A DNA stretch of 64,000 nucleotides from the NCBI GenBank assembly GCA_963770895.1, contig CAVYRF010000002.1:3456001-3520000 (forward strand), read 5' to 3'. This DNA comes from an uncultured Acidobacteriota bacterium (GTDB lineage: Bacteria > Acidobacteriota > Thermoanaerobaculia > Multivoradales > UBA5704). How positions within the stretch are numbered: the first letter of the stretch is position 1; each line of letters begins with the position of its first letter. A program made the translations under genes and the position numbers. Below, piece by piece: positions 28,228 to 37,055 of the stretch. The notes beneath the pieces are model-generated. The model saw nothing but the letters and a program-made list of their open reading frames with translations. It searched no databases and was not told where the DNA came from.

Positions 28228-28980
28228 TCACGACGGCCCCTGGGCCGGCGCCGGCGCCTTGTCCTTGCGCTTCGACTCGCCCTTAAGCGGCAGCTCGTAG
28301 GCGTTGTGCACCAGACGGTCGAGCACGGCGTCGGCCAGCGTGGCGTCGCCGATCGCATCGTGCCAGGCGGCGACCGGCAGCTGGCTCGTCACCACCGTCG
28401 AGCGCCTGCCGTAGCGATCTTCGAGGATCTCCAGCAGATCACGCCGCTGAGCGTCGGTGAACGGATGCAGACAGAGGTCGTCGAGCACGAGGACGTCGGC
28501 CCGGGCAAGGTTGGCCAGCAGCTTGGAGTACCGGCCGTCCGCTTTGCCGGTGGCAAGCTCGGACAGCAGCCGTGGCACACGGTGATACAGCGCGGTGAAG
28601 CCTTCCCTGCACGCTTTGTGCGCCAGCGCACAGGCCAGAAAGCTTTTCCCCGTGCCGGTTTTCCCCGTAATCAAAATGTTAAGGTGTTGGGTGATCCACT
28701 GGCATGAGCACAGTGCCAGGAACAGCGCCCGATCGAGACCGCGCGGCAGGCGCAGGTCCACGTCTTCGACCGCGGCGGCCTGGCGCAGCCGTGCCTTGGC
28801 GAGACGGTCCTTCAGTCGGCGGTTCTCGCGCTCCGTCATCTCGCGATCGACCAGCAGCCCCAGGCGCTCGGTGAAGCCAAGCTCGTCGATGCCGGTCATC
28901 TGCAGCTGCTCCTCGAGCCCCTTGGCCATGCCGGTCAGCCGCAGGGCCTGGAGCTTGTCGAGCGTCGGATGGGTCAGCAT
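28228..28980 (-). CDS. istB: IS21 helper ATPase IstB
   Basis: GKTGTGKS, LVLDD, LEILEDRY and ADAVLDRLVHNA. Confidence 0.95.
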   Translation of the reverse strand: MLTHPTLDKLQALRLTGMAKGLEEQLQMTGIDELGFTERLGLLVDREMTERENRRLKDRLAKARLRQAAAVEDVDLRLPRGLDRALFLALCSCQWITQHLNILITGKTGTGKSFLACALAHKACREGFTALYHRVPRLLSELATGKADGRYSKLLANLARADVLVLDDLCLHPFTDAQRRDLLEILEDRYGRRSTVVTSQLPVAAWHDAIGDATLADAVLDRLVHNAYELPLKGESKRKDKAPAPAQGPS

Positions 28981-30533
28981 GGCTTCTGCTCCCCGCCGTA
29001 GTACGAAGCGCCGCGCAGGTTCTCATGCACGAGGGGTCGCCGCGCCGACTCGGCGGCCAGATCCATCTGCCGATCCAGCCCTCCCTGCAGGATGGAGCGC
29101 ACGCTGCGGAACGACGCGCCTTCGATCTCCAGCGCCAGCTGGCACGCCGCTTCCAGCCGCTCGTTGCCATACCGCTGCCCGAGCCGCAAGATCCCCAAAC
29201 ACGAGCGGAAGCCATGCTGCGGGTGCACTCGCGTCGACATCACCTGCTCGATCAGGCCGGCGACCGATGGCCCCGTCGTCTGCGACCACTGCACCAGCCG
29301 CTCGGGCGTCCACTCCGCATACGCCCGATGCGGCCGCGGCATGTGCTCGTGCTGCGTCGTGTGGGCTCCCCGGCGAAAGCAGCGCACATGGCTCGCCACC
29401 CGCTTGCTCTTGGCGAAGAACTCCACCGTTCTCGCGCTCAGCCGCACGTCCAGCTGCTGGCTCACCAGCTGGTACGGCACGCTGTAATAGTGGCCGTCGA
29501 CTTCGACGTGGTAGTCCGCCACGACGCGCCCCTTTTTCCACTCGGCGTAGCTGAAGCCCGACGCCGGCAGCGCCCGCAGAGCCGGCCGCTCCATGCTCTC
29601 AAAGAGCGACCGGCGCGAGCCCTCAAGCTTGCGGAATTGACGCTCGTTCAAGCGTATCAAAAGCATTCCAATCGCCTCGTTGAGCTCAGCAAGAGAAAAG
29701 AACTTCCGGTGCCGCAATCGGGCCAGGATCCAGCGTTCGACGACCTGCACCCCCACCTCCACTTTGGCCTTGTCGCGGGGCCGCCGCACGCGCGCCGGCA
29801 TCACTGCCACGCCGTAGTGCAACGCCAAATCGTGATAGGTAGGGTTCAGCTCCGGCTCGTACCGGCACGGCCGGCTGACCGCCGACTTCAAGTTATCGGG
29901 AACCACCATTTCGGTTAGGCCGCCGGCGAACTCAAAAGCCCGCACGTGCGAGCCGATCCAGTCCGCCAATCCCTGACTCCACGTCGCCTCCGCGAAGGTG
30001 TAGTTGCTCGCCCCCCACACCGCCACGAAGATCTGCGCCGCGTGCACCTCTCCCGTGCCGGCGTCGACCACCGGCACCGTCGCGCCGCAGTAGTCGACGA
30101 ACAGCTTCTCGCCAGCCCGATGCACCTGGCGCATCGACAGGTCCACCCGCCCCCGCCACTGGCCGTACAGCTCGCAGTACCGGCTGTAGCCGTAGCCGTG
30201 AGGCTCCCTCTCCCGGTACTCCTCCCACAGCAGCGACAGGGTCACCCCTTTGCCCTTGAGCTCGCTGTGCACGGCCGCCCAGTCCACCGCTGGCCGTCGC
30301 GCCGCCGGCACCTGCTCGACCACCGGGTAGAGCCGACGCTCCAGCGCCTCCTCGCCCAGCTCCGCCGCCACGGACCAGTCCAGCCCGCTCCTGCGCGCAC
30401 GGGCCACGCACTCCACAACCGTCGTCTTGCCTATCCCGCAGCAGTCCGCCACCTGCCGCTGGCTCAGACCGCAGACCCACAGCAATCGCAACATCTCTCG
30501 AATCTTTCTCACGTTCACTCTCCGTGCCGGCAT
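28974..30533 (-). CDS. istA: IS21 transposase IstA
   Basis: GEKLFVDY, VPDNLKS, PRDKAKVE (DDE motif) and the C-terminal HENLRGASYY. Confidence 0.95.
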   Translation of the reverse strand: MPARRVNVRKIREMLRLLWVCGLSQRQVADCCGIGKTTVVECVARARRSGLDWSVAAELGEEALERRLYPVVEQVPAARRPAVDWAAVHSELKGKGVTLSLLWEEYREREPHGYGYSRYCELYGQWRGRVDLSMRQVHRAGEKLFVDYCGATVPVVDAGTGEVHAAQIFVAVWGASNYTFAEATWSQGLADWIGSHVRAFEFAGGLTEMVVPDNLKSAVSRPCRYEPELNPTYHDLALHYGVAVMPARVRRPRDKAKVEVGVQVVERWILARLRHRKFFSLAELNEAIGMLLIRLNERQFRKLEGSRRSLFESMERPALRALPASGFSYAEWKKGRVVADYHVEVDGHYYSVPYQLVSQQLDVRLSARTVEFFAKSKRVASHVRCFRRGAHTTQHEHMPRPHRAYAEWTPERLVQWSQTTGPSVAGLIEQVMSTRVHPQHGFRSCLGILRLGQRYGNERLEAACQLALEIEGASFRSVRSILQGGLDRQMDLAAESARRPLVHENLRGASYYGGEQKPC

Positions 30534-30989
30534 CTCGCTCCCTTCGTCGATGGAGACGAGCATGCCAGAGGTACGGAGCCGCCGCTTGTTGTCACCGCCC
30601 TTCTCGATCTCGATTCCGATCGAAGGCGACCACCCTTCCGGGGATGGCGACCACCCTTCCGGGCCAAGGGCTAAAAGTGGTCGCCTTCAGACTGGAATGG
30701 GGTGGTCGCCTTCCGTCGGAATCAGTGGTCGCCTTGCGACCGGAAACGGTGGTCGCCTTCGACCGGAATACGCATAACATAGCGCGGTAACGACACCGTG
30801 GGAGGGGTGCAGGCCGGAGCCCGTCCCACGGCCGGGCGCGCCGGTCGGAGCTCAGCGCCGCCGCCAGAAGCCTCGGTCCCTGGATACCTTTTCCGGTCCG
30901 GCGTTGGAGCGCGGCCTCTTCCTCGCGGAGGCACCTTCAGTCCGGGAACCCTCTTACCAGGAAGAAAACCCCGGAGCCGGAGCTATACG

Positions 30990-31229
30990 GTGTCATCTGC
31001 ACGCCGAAAATGGACCCAGTTGCAGGCTAAATTCCCCCCCTCGGAGGCAAGGGCGATGGAGCGGGAATGGTCCAAGCTCCCCGCGGCGCCTGAAGGCGCC
31101 GTGGAGCGGGAGTTGATCGGCGAACAGGTCTGGTCGGCGATGGAGGTCCTGCGGGGTAAGGCTTATCGAAGAAGGCGATTCGTCCGTCTGTACAAGAAGC
31201 CTTTGGCCTTTTTCCTCGACAGCGAGTGA
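30990..31229 (+). CDS. Small hypothetical protein
   Basis: 79-aa ORF from a GTG, convergent with the XRE gene. No recognisable motif. Confidence 0.3.
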   Translation: MSSARRKWTQLQAKFPPSEARAMEREWSKLPAAPEGAVERELIGEQVWSAMEVLRGKAYRRRRFVRLYKKPLAFFLDSE

Positions 31230-31242
31230 CGCCTGGCGAGGC

Positions 31243-31617
31243 TTACCCGCGCGAGGCAAGCCACCGCTCGAAAGCTCGCCGGATGCGCGGGCATGGGTGT
31301 TTAATCTCGTCGCGCTCCCAGGCAGAGACGGTCGATGGGTCGAGACCGAACCGGCGGGCCAGCGCTTCCGCAGAGAGTCCCGCGGCCTGCCGCGCGGCCC
31401 TCACGTGTCCGCCAAAGGTTTCTGGCTCCGGCCGGGGGTCGTAGCCGAGGAAGGCGAGGATGCCGGGCAGGAAGCGCAGCCCCGGCGTGCCCCGCCCCGC
31501 CTCCCAACTCGCGAGGCTCGGCTGCGAGCAGCCGATCTCGCGGGCCGCGTGTCGCTGGCGGAGGCCCCGGTCAAGGCGCGCCCGCCGGAGATGCTCGCCG
31601 AAGGTCGCCGGCGCCAC
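31243..31617 (-). CDS. XRE-family regulator with two HTH domains
   Basis: TFGEHLRRARLDRGLRQ...SWEAG and TFGGHVRAARQAAGLS...VSAWE. The frame stays open upstream through site S2. Confidence 0.8.
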   Translation of the reverse strand: MAPATFGEHLRRARLDRGLRQRHAAREIGCSQPSLASWEAGRGTPGLRFLPGILAFLGYDPRPEPETFGGHVRAARQAAGLSAEALARRFGLDPSTVSAWERDEIKHPCPRIRRAFERWLASRG

Positions 31618-31666
31618 CGGGTAACCCTGCGGATTCGACTTCCGTCCTCGTAAGCGGACACGAACA

Positions 31667-31703
31667 CTTATGCACGCAACCCAAGGGCTGCGTGCACCTT
31701 TTG
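31667..31703. repeat. Quasi-palindromic putative recombination site S2
   Basis: CTTATGCACGCAA-CCC-AA-GGG-CTGCGTGCACCTTTTG. The right arm is identical to S4 over 29 bp. Confidence 0.8.
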
Positions 31704-31915
31704 TGATCCGCTTGCGGGGCAGGATTCTTCGCCCTGGCTATCCTCAGAACCGTCGCACCCTGGGCGAGCACCTCAAGTAGCCGAAGTCCCAGGGGAGCCG
31801 AGGCGGAGGCGCCGGTGCACTTGGTAAGGAGCAGGGGCCGACGCAGTAATCTCGTCGCTCGGCCCGAGGTGTAGATGGGTTGCTATTCATGCGGTGAATG
31901 GATATCATTCGCGGC

Positions 31916-33151
31916 GTGAATGAACCATCCCGCACCCTGTCGCGATTCCTTGCGCCCCGCCTGGCCGTTCTCCTCAAGTCGTTTCCGGCAGTCGTCCTCA
32001 CCGGCGCCCGGCAGACCGGCAAGACAACCCTGGTGCAGCAACTGCCGAGCAAGCCGCAGCGAGCTTATCTCACCCTCGACGACCTGGATGTCCTGGAGCG
32101 CGCGCGGCTCGAACCGGCGGCGCTCGTTGCCAACGCCGAGGGGCCGCTGACGCTCGACGAGGTCCAGCGATCCCCGGACCTGCTATTGGCGGTCAAGCGG
32201 GCAATCGACCAGCGCCGCACGCCGGGCCGGTTCCTGCTCACTGGTTCTGCCAACCTGCTTCTGATGCGGCGAATCTCCGAATCGCTTGCGGGGCGGGCTG
32301 CCTATCTCACGCTCTGGCCGCTCACTCGTCGTGAGCAGCTTGGCTTGGGGACCACCGGTGCTTGGTCGCGCTTGCTGGCGGCCGCTGATCGCGACTGGCC
32401 TGCGGTGCTTTCCGCCGAGACTGCCCCGGAGGAGGACTGGCGCGCGCTGGCGCGACGCGGCGGCTATCCGACCCCCGCCCACGAGTTGGACGATGCCGAG
32501 GCGCGGTCCGCCTGGTTCGCCGGCTATGTCAGAACCTACCTCGAACGCGATCTGCTGGAGATCTCGGCGGTGGCGTCGCTGGTGGATGTTCGGCGACTGA
32601 TGCGGGCGATCTGCCTGCGGCTCGGGGGCCTGCTCAATCAGACGGAGGTGGCCCGCGATATCGGGATGTCCCAACCCACGGTGCATCGCCACCTCAACCT
32701 GCTCGAGACCACCTACCAACTGGTCCGCCTGCCTGCCTTCACTGTCAACCGCACGAAGCGCCTGCTCAAGACCCCCCGAGTCTTCTGGTGCGATACGGGT
32801 CTGGCGATGCACCTGGCAGGCGAAACGACACCGCAGGGCGCTCACCTCGAAAGCCTGGTGCTTCAGGATCTGCTGGCCTGGCGGGACTCATCACCGGTGG
32901 AGGCCGAGATCCTGTACTGGCGCACCGTGGCGGGCGACGAAGTGGACTTTGTCATCGAGCAGGATGGGATGCTGCTTCCCATCGAGGTGAAGACCGGGCG
33001 CCGCCCTTCCCTTGCGGATGTGCGCTCGCTCAAGTTGTTCCGGCAGGAGTACGCGGACCGTGCACGCCCCGGCCTGCTGCTGCACACCGGAAGCGAGATT
33101 GCCTGGCTGGCCGACGGAGTGCTGGCAGCGCCATGGTGGCGGGTCTTCTAG
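31916..33151 (+). CDS. AAA+ ATPase with a DUF4143 (PD-(D/E)xK-like) C-terminus
   Basis: GARQTGKT, LDEVQR, LLTGSA, GGYP and EVDFV...IEVK. Confidence 0.9.
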   Translation: MNEPSRTLSRFLAPRLAVLLKSFPAVVLTGARQTGKTTLVQQLPSKPQRAYLTLDDLDVLERARLEPAALVANAEGPLTLDEVQRSPDLLLAVKRAIDQRRTPGRFLLTGSANLLLMRRISESLAGRAAYLTLWPLTRREQLGLGTTGAWSRLLAAADRDWPAVLSAETAPEEDWRALARRGGYPTPAHELDDAEARSAWFAGYVRTYLERDLLEISAVASLVDVRRLMRAICLRLGGLLNQTEVARDIGMSQPTVHRHLNLLETTYQLVRLPAFTVNRTKRLLKTPRVFWCDTGLAMHLAGETTPQGAHLESLVLQDLLAWRDSSPVEAEILYWRTVAGDEVDFVIEQDGMLLPIEVKTGRRPSLADVRSLKLFRQEYADRARPGLLLHTGSEIAWLADGVLAAPWWRVF

Positions 33152-33342
33152 CCCAGCGGCCCGTGACGAGAATGCGGAATCCGACGATGGCGGTACCCGT
33201 TTCGCCCGCAAGGCGACCATCCTGGTCGGAGCGCAGCGACGGTGAAGCTCGGATTGGGTCAAGCTGCGATGATGGCCTTTCAACGACTCGCCTGATCGCT
33301 CATCGGAAAGCCAAGGCCGCGATCTTCGGCAAACGACCACCG

Positions 33343-34593
33343 ATGAGGCAGAAACGAAGCAGCGAGAAGGAAGCGGCAGCCCTCGATCAGCTGATCGCCG
33401 AAATCATCGTCGACGCTTACGGCGACGACGAGCAGTTGTGGGCTTTCCGCGAAGCGTTCGAGCAGAACGTCGACCTGCCGTGCGACGGGTTCGTGATCGG
33501 TGAGCCGGTGTCCGTCACAGCGTTCGACTACGACGGCAACCCGCGGCGCGGCCTGATCGCCACTTGTCGTCGTGACGACGGATCGAACCACGTGATGGCG
33601 GCGGCCGATGTCGCCTTCCCCTCGCAGTCCATCGGCGGGCGGCACATTGCAGCCTACCGGAGGTGGCTCGGCCTCGAGGCACTGCCTCCTGAGGTCGAAC
33701 CCGAATCTGGCCGCAGGCGCGGGCACAAGTCCGCGGCGAGCCACCTCAACCCGACGGGGCCAGTCGAGCTCGTCGCTCTCTCGGTCAAGGAGAGGGCCGC
33801 GCGTTGCCGCCTTCTCGGAAGCGAGCGCGTCCTCACTCTGCGTGCAAGCCGGCTGTGGGAAGTCGTCCCAGGTGAGGTCCTGACCGTCCGTCCGCGCAGG
33901 CAATGGAGCTACGCCGGCCATCCGTATCTTTCGGGTGAAGTCGAGTCGTCGCGGCTCGACGTGGCGGCGCTGGGGCTCGTTCCGCTCAGGATGGAGAACC
34001 GTGGAATCTGGAACCCGGCGGACGAGTACTGGGGAGAGGCGGACGAGCCGGTCGAGGAGTGGGCCAAGTCGATCATTGCCGGTGGCCGCCGACCGGCGTT
34101 CGAAATGGAACAAATCCTGCCGTCGTCAGATCCAGATGATCCCGACTCCGACCCAATCTGCGTGTCCAACGACCTCAAGGAGGCCGGTGCAATCAGCGAA
34201 GCGCGAGCTCTGTTGATGAAGCTCTGCGAAGCAGATCTACGCTGCTTGGACGCGCACGCCCATCTCGGCAATCTTGTGTTCGACGACAGTCCCAAGCAGG
34301 CGATCCGGCACTACGAAGCCGGCGTTCGCATCGGGGAACTCTCGCTTGGCCCCACGTTCGACGGCCTACTGCCATGGGGCCTCATGGACAACCGTCCGTT
34401 CATCCGCTGCATGCATGGATTCGGCCTGTGCCTCTGGCGACTCGGTCGATTCGACGAGGCAGGGAGCGTCTTCGACCGGATGCTTTGGTCGAACCCTTCG
34501 GACAACCAAGGCGTGCGATTCCTGATCGACGAAGTGCGTCGTCATACGCGCTGGGAAGATCGTGCGTCGGAGCGGCAGCGGCCTTCCTTATAG
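33343..34593 (+). CDS. CcbP-like N-terminal domain plus TPR-like protein
   Basis: EIIVDAYGDDEQ...IAAYRRW, with C-terminal LDAHAHLG...NRPFIR...NPSDNQGVR. Confidence 0.7.
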   Translation: MRQKRSSEKEAAALDQLIAEIIVDAYGDDEQLWAFREAFEQNVDLPCDGFVIGEPVSVTAFDYDGNPRRGLIATCRRDDGSNHVMAAADVAFPSQSIGGRHIAAYRRWLGLEALPPEVEPESGRRRGHKSAASHLNPTGPVELVALSVKERAARCRLLGSERVLTLRASRLWEVVPGEVLTVRPRRQWSYAGHPYLSGEVESSRLDVAALGLVPLRMENRGIWNPADEYWGEADEPVEEWAKSIIAGGRRPAFEMEQILPSSDPDDPDSDPICVSNDLKEAGAISEARALLMKLCEADLRCLDAHAHLGNLVFDDSPKQAIRHYEAGVRIGELSLGPTFDGLLPWGLMDNRPFIRCMHGFGLCLWRLGRFDEAGSVFDRMLWSNPSDNQGVRFLIDEVRRHTRWEDRASERQRPSL

Positions 34594-34675
34594 GAGGGGC
34601 CGGCGTCGACTCTCTCACGGTCCGAGGCACTTCTCGCAGCTCGGGTGCGGGTAACGTGCCCTCAAAATGAGACGG

Positions 34676-34715
34676 CAAATTGCCAACAAACCCCCAGGGG
34701 TTCATAGATAAGTTG
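34676..34715. repeat. Quasi-palindromic putative recombination site S3
   Basis: CAAATTGCCAACAAAC-CCC-CA-GGG-GTTCATAGATAAGTTG. The left arm extension CCTCAAAATGAGACGGCAAA matches S4. Confidence 0.75.
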
Positions 34716-34936
34716 CCATGTCATCCTTCGAGGACGAAAAGTAAGCCGGGGGTTATCCCGCGGACCCAAAAGACTCCGGGCGAGCACCTGCGGTGGATCT
34801 CCGTTGCGTCTCCCGCCCGAAAGCGACGATCTATTCCGACGAGACAAGCACCGATTCCATGGGAGAGACTCAACCCGAGTCGTTTCGCGGATCATGGAGC
34901 GATTCGATCACAGGCGGAGCAGCAGCACGAAGTAGG

Positions 34937-35317
34937 TTATTCCGGCGGCTGCCGTGAGACCGATGACAACCTTCTCCTGCATGGGGAACCACACAAATTG
35001 GCGATTCTTTGTTCGGTTGTAAGCTGGTAATGACCAGCCAGGCCAAGCGCTTGACCAACAAAGAGAAGAACGCCGATACCAAAAGCTGCACGTGCCATTG
35101 GGGTCGTGGCGAGACCGAGGACAGGTAGCAGGACGACACCCGCCACAAACGTTAGCATTCCCACTATATTTACATAATCAGATGGAACGAGCCATGGGAT
35201 ACTGCCCTCGTCCCCTACTGCGGCTTCCCGTTCCAGCCGCCATTTGAAGAATGTTACCTGAAAACCGAGAATCAACCCTGTGGGCGTCCATAGGTCACGA
35301 AGAACTGGGTCTATCAT
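34937..35317 (-). CDS. Small membrane protein (low GC)
   Basis: 126 aa with three hydrophobic segments. The 3' end may be frameshifted. Confidence 0.55.
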   Translation of the reverse strand: MIDPVLRDLWTPTGLILGFQVTFFKWRLEREAAVGDEGSIPWLVPSDYVNIVGMLTFVAGVVLLPVLGLATTPMARAAFGIGVLLFVGQALGLAGHYQLTTEQRIANLCGSPCRRRLSSVSRQPPE

Positions 35318-35350
35318 CCACTATCCTCAATTCTGCTGCTCTGTGAAAGA

Positions 35351-35773
35351 TCACGTTTCTCCTTCGGCAGCGCGCAAAGCGGCCAGGACTGCCCTGCATG
35401 CGTCGATCAGATCACCGAGCAGCGTTTCGTTGATGTCGAGGATTCCCTCGTATTCCGCGAGATTCCGTTTCTCGTGGGCCTTAGCCAGTACTCGCCACAC
35501 TGAGGGTGGGATGCCGAGGGTATGTGGGAGCGTTTGAAAAACGAGATAGCGGCTCTCAGAGCGATAGCCTAAACGGCGCAACGCAGCAAGTGCGAGGACG
35601 TGTGCAGCGTTATAAGCGAGATCAAAGCGGCTCTCGATCGAAAGCTCCGGCTTCGGGGCGTCAGCCAAGCGGGCCTCTCCCGACTGTCGAAGGCCCGCGA
35701 TCTCACCGGCCGAGGGCGCTTCGTGCTTGAGCTTGCCGGCCCGTACCAGATTCTCCAGCTCAGGTGAGGTCAT
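35351..35773 (-). CDS. HEPN-like protein
   Basis: RFDLAYNAAH...HEKRNLAEYEG. Overlaps the upstream nucleotidyltransferase. Confidence 0.75.
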   Translation of the reverse strand: MTSPELENLVRAGKLKHEAPSAGEIAGLRQSGEARLADAPKPELSIESRFDLAYNAAHVLALAALRRLGYRSESRYLVFQTLPHTLGIPPSVWRVLAKAHEKRNLAEYEGILDINETLLGDLIDACRAVLAALRAAEGET

Positions 35774-36362
35774 CGTCTGACCCGATCACGAAGAGCTTTC
35801 GCTGTGAAGCGATCCGGGCCGCAAACGAGTCGTCTTGCGCGACCTTGGCTCGCCAGTCGGCAAGGCTCACTATCGTCGGATTGACTGGACGAGCCAGGAG
35901 GGCTTCAGCCTGCTGCAATGCCTCGAACAGATCCGGGTAATGAAGCAAGTCGGAGATCACCATGAGGTCGATGTCGCTTCGGGCGTGGTCGTTTCCCTTG
36001 GCAACGGAGCCAAAGACGAATGCGGCGCGGATGCTTTCTGCCATCGCGCTCAGAGCATCCCGAAGTGGGTCAACGATGCCCACAGTCTTTGCGACTAGAC
36101 CTTGCAGCTCAGAGAATACCGGCGATCCTCGCCGGGCCTGGTAGTGCTTCTGATTCCCGACGCGAGTCACCTCGACCAACCCCGCCTCCTCCAAACGTGA
36201 GAGCTGACGGTGGACTGCGCCAACGCCGCCATTCACCAACCGGATTAACTCGGAGCTTTGGAAGCGGCGGTCGGGCTGTCCGAATAGGAATCTTAGAACA
36301 CGCTGCTGAATGGGCGTGAAGAGCGCATCGGCCAGGCCGCTCTCGGAGGTCTCTCTTCCCAT
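35760..36362 (-). CDS. HTH-nucleotidyltransferase (MNT) protein
   Basis: LADALF...wHTH, then AFVFGSVAKG...SDIDLMVI. Confidence 0.85.
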   Translation of the reverse strand: MGRETSESGLADALFTPIQQRVLRFLFGQPDRRFQSSELIRLVNGGVGAVHRQLSRLEEAGLVEVTRVGNQKHYQARRGSPVFSELQGLVAKTVGIVDPLRDALSAMAESIRAAFVFGSVAKGNDHARSDIDLMVISDLLHYPDLFEALQQAEALLARPVNPTIVSLADWRAKVAQDDSFAARIASQRKLFVIGSDDDLT

Positions 36363-36503
36363 TTCGGGTAGGATTATACCCAATCGGAAGCTGGTGGGCG
36401 ATGGCTGAGTGCGCCCAAGGCGCCCCTTCAGGAGGCGGTTACCGAGGGTCCGGGGGTGCCGCTGGGCTCCTGGACGGGGAAGGGCGTCCTCAGAATGAGA
36501 CGG

Positions 36504-36543
36504 CAAAAGGGCAACACACCCCCAGGGCTGCGTGCACCTTTTG
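36504..36543. repeat. Quasi-palindromic putative recombination site S4
   Basis: CAAAAGGGCAACACAC-CCC-CA-GGG-CTGCGTGCACCTTTTG. Confidence 0.8.
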
Positions 36544-36624
36544 TGATCCGCTGCGGGGCCGGCTTCCACGCCCTATTTGCCACTCCATCTCTCCGCACCC
36601 ATTTGCCGACCACCTGAAGAGCGT

Positions 36625-36897
36625 CCGGCCTCCGTCCAGGAAGCTCGCGGAGGCGGGCCAGAACTCGTGATACTCCGTCGCCGTCGCTCGGCGCAGAAGC
36701 TCGACCGCAACCATCGGAGAGACCGGGCTCGGATAGCGAGACTGGCTGAGCACGCGGATGAAGCCGTTCTGCGTCACGGCACACGAGGCCCAGCCCAGGC
36801 GGATCTCGGTCGAGATCCACTCGCGGGCGTGGCGGTGATCGACGTGATCGCGATCGAGCAAGGCGACCAGCGCGTTGACATCGAGCAGAGCGCGCAC
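36625..36897 (-). pseudogene. 3'-truncated PIN (VapC) toxin
   Basis: MRALLDVNALVALLD...TQNGFIRVLSQ...HEFWP. PIN-like sequence stops near aa 90, and the ORF then reads through S4. Confidence 0.7.
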
Positions 36898-37040
36898 TAC
36901 CCGAGATCCTCCTCGCGGAGACGGTCGACCATCTCGTTCGAGATGACGGTGCCTCGGGGAGGGAGAGGTTGGAAGCCGTAGAAGGCTTCAGATTCAGCGA
37001 AGTCGCCGGCTTGGCCCTGCGGGTGACACCTGAGCCCCGC
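36897..37040 (-). pseudogene. 5'-truncated VapB-like antitoxin
   Basis: Reads ...EAFYGFQPLPPRGTVISNEMVDRLREEDLG*, with an upstream in-frame stop and no start codon. Confidence 0.55.
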
Positions 37041-37055
37041 TGCTCAACTGTTCGG

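Larger units (their letters stand above)
27715..30774 (-). mobile_element. IS21-family insertion sequence, 3060 bp
   Basis: TG...CA ends (TGCGGATTCCGG / CCGGAATACGCA), repeated GAAGGCGACCAC(C) units, an 8-bp TSD TAACATAG (27707-27714 and 30775-30782), and istA-istB. Confidence 0.95.

Noticed and set aside
25488-36543. Sites S1-S4 as CRISPR repeats, integron attC sites or dif sites
   Set aside because: Spacing is kilobases and irregular. There are no RYYYAAC/GTTRRRY ends. The TTAT boxes are outer rather than flanking a 6-bp core as in dif.
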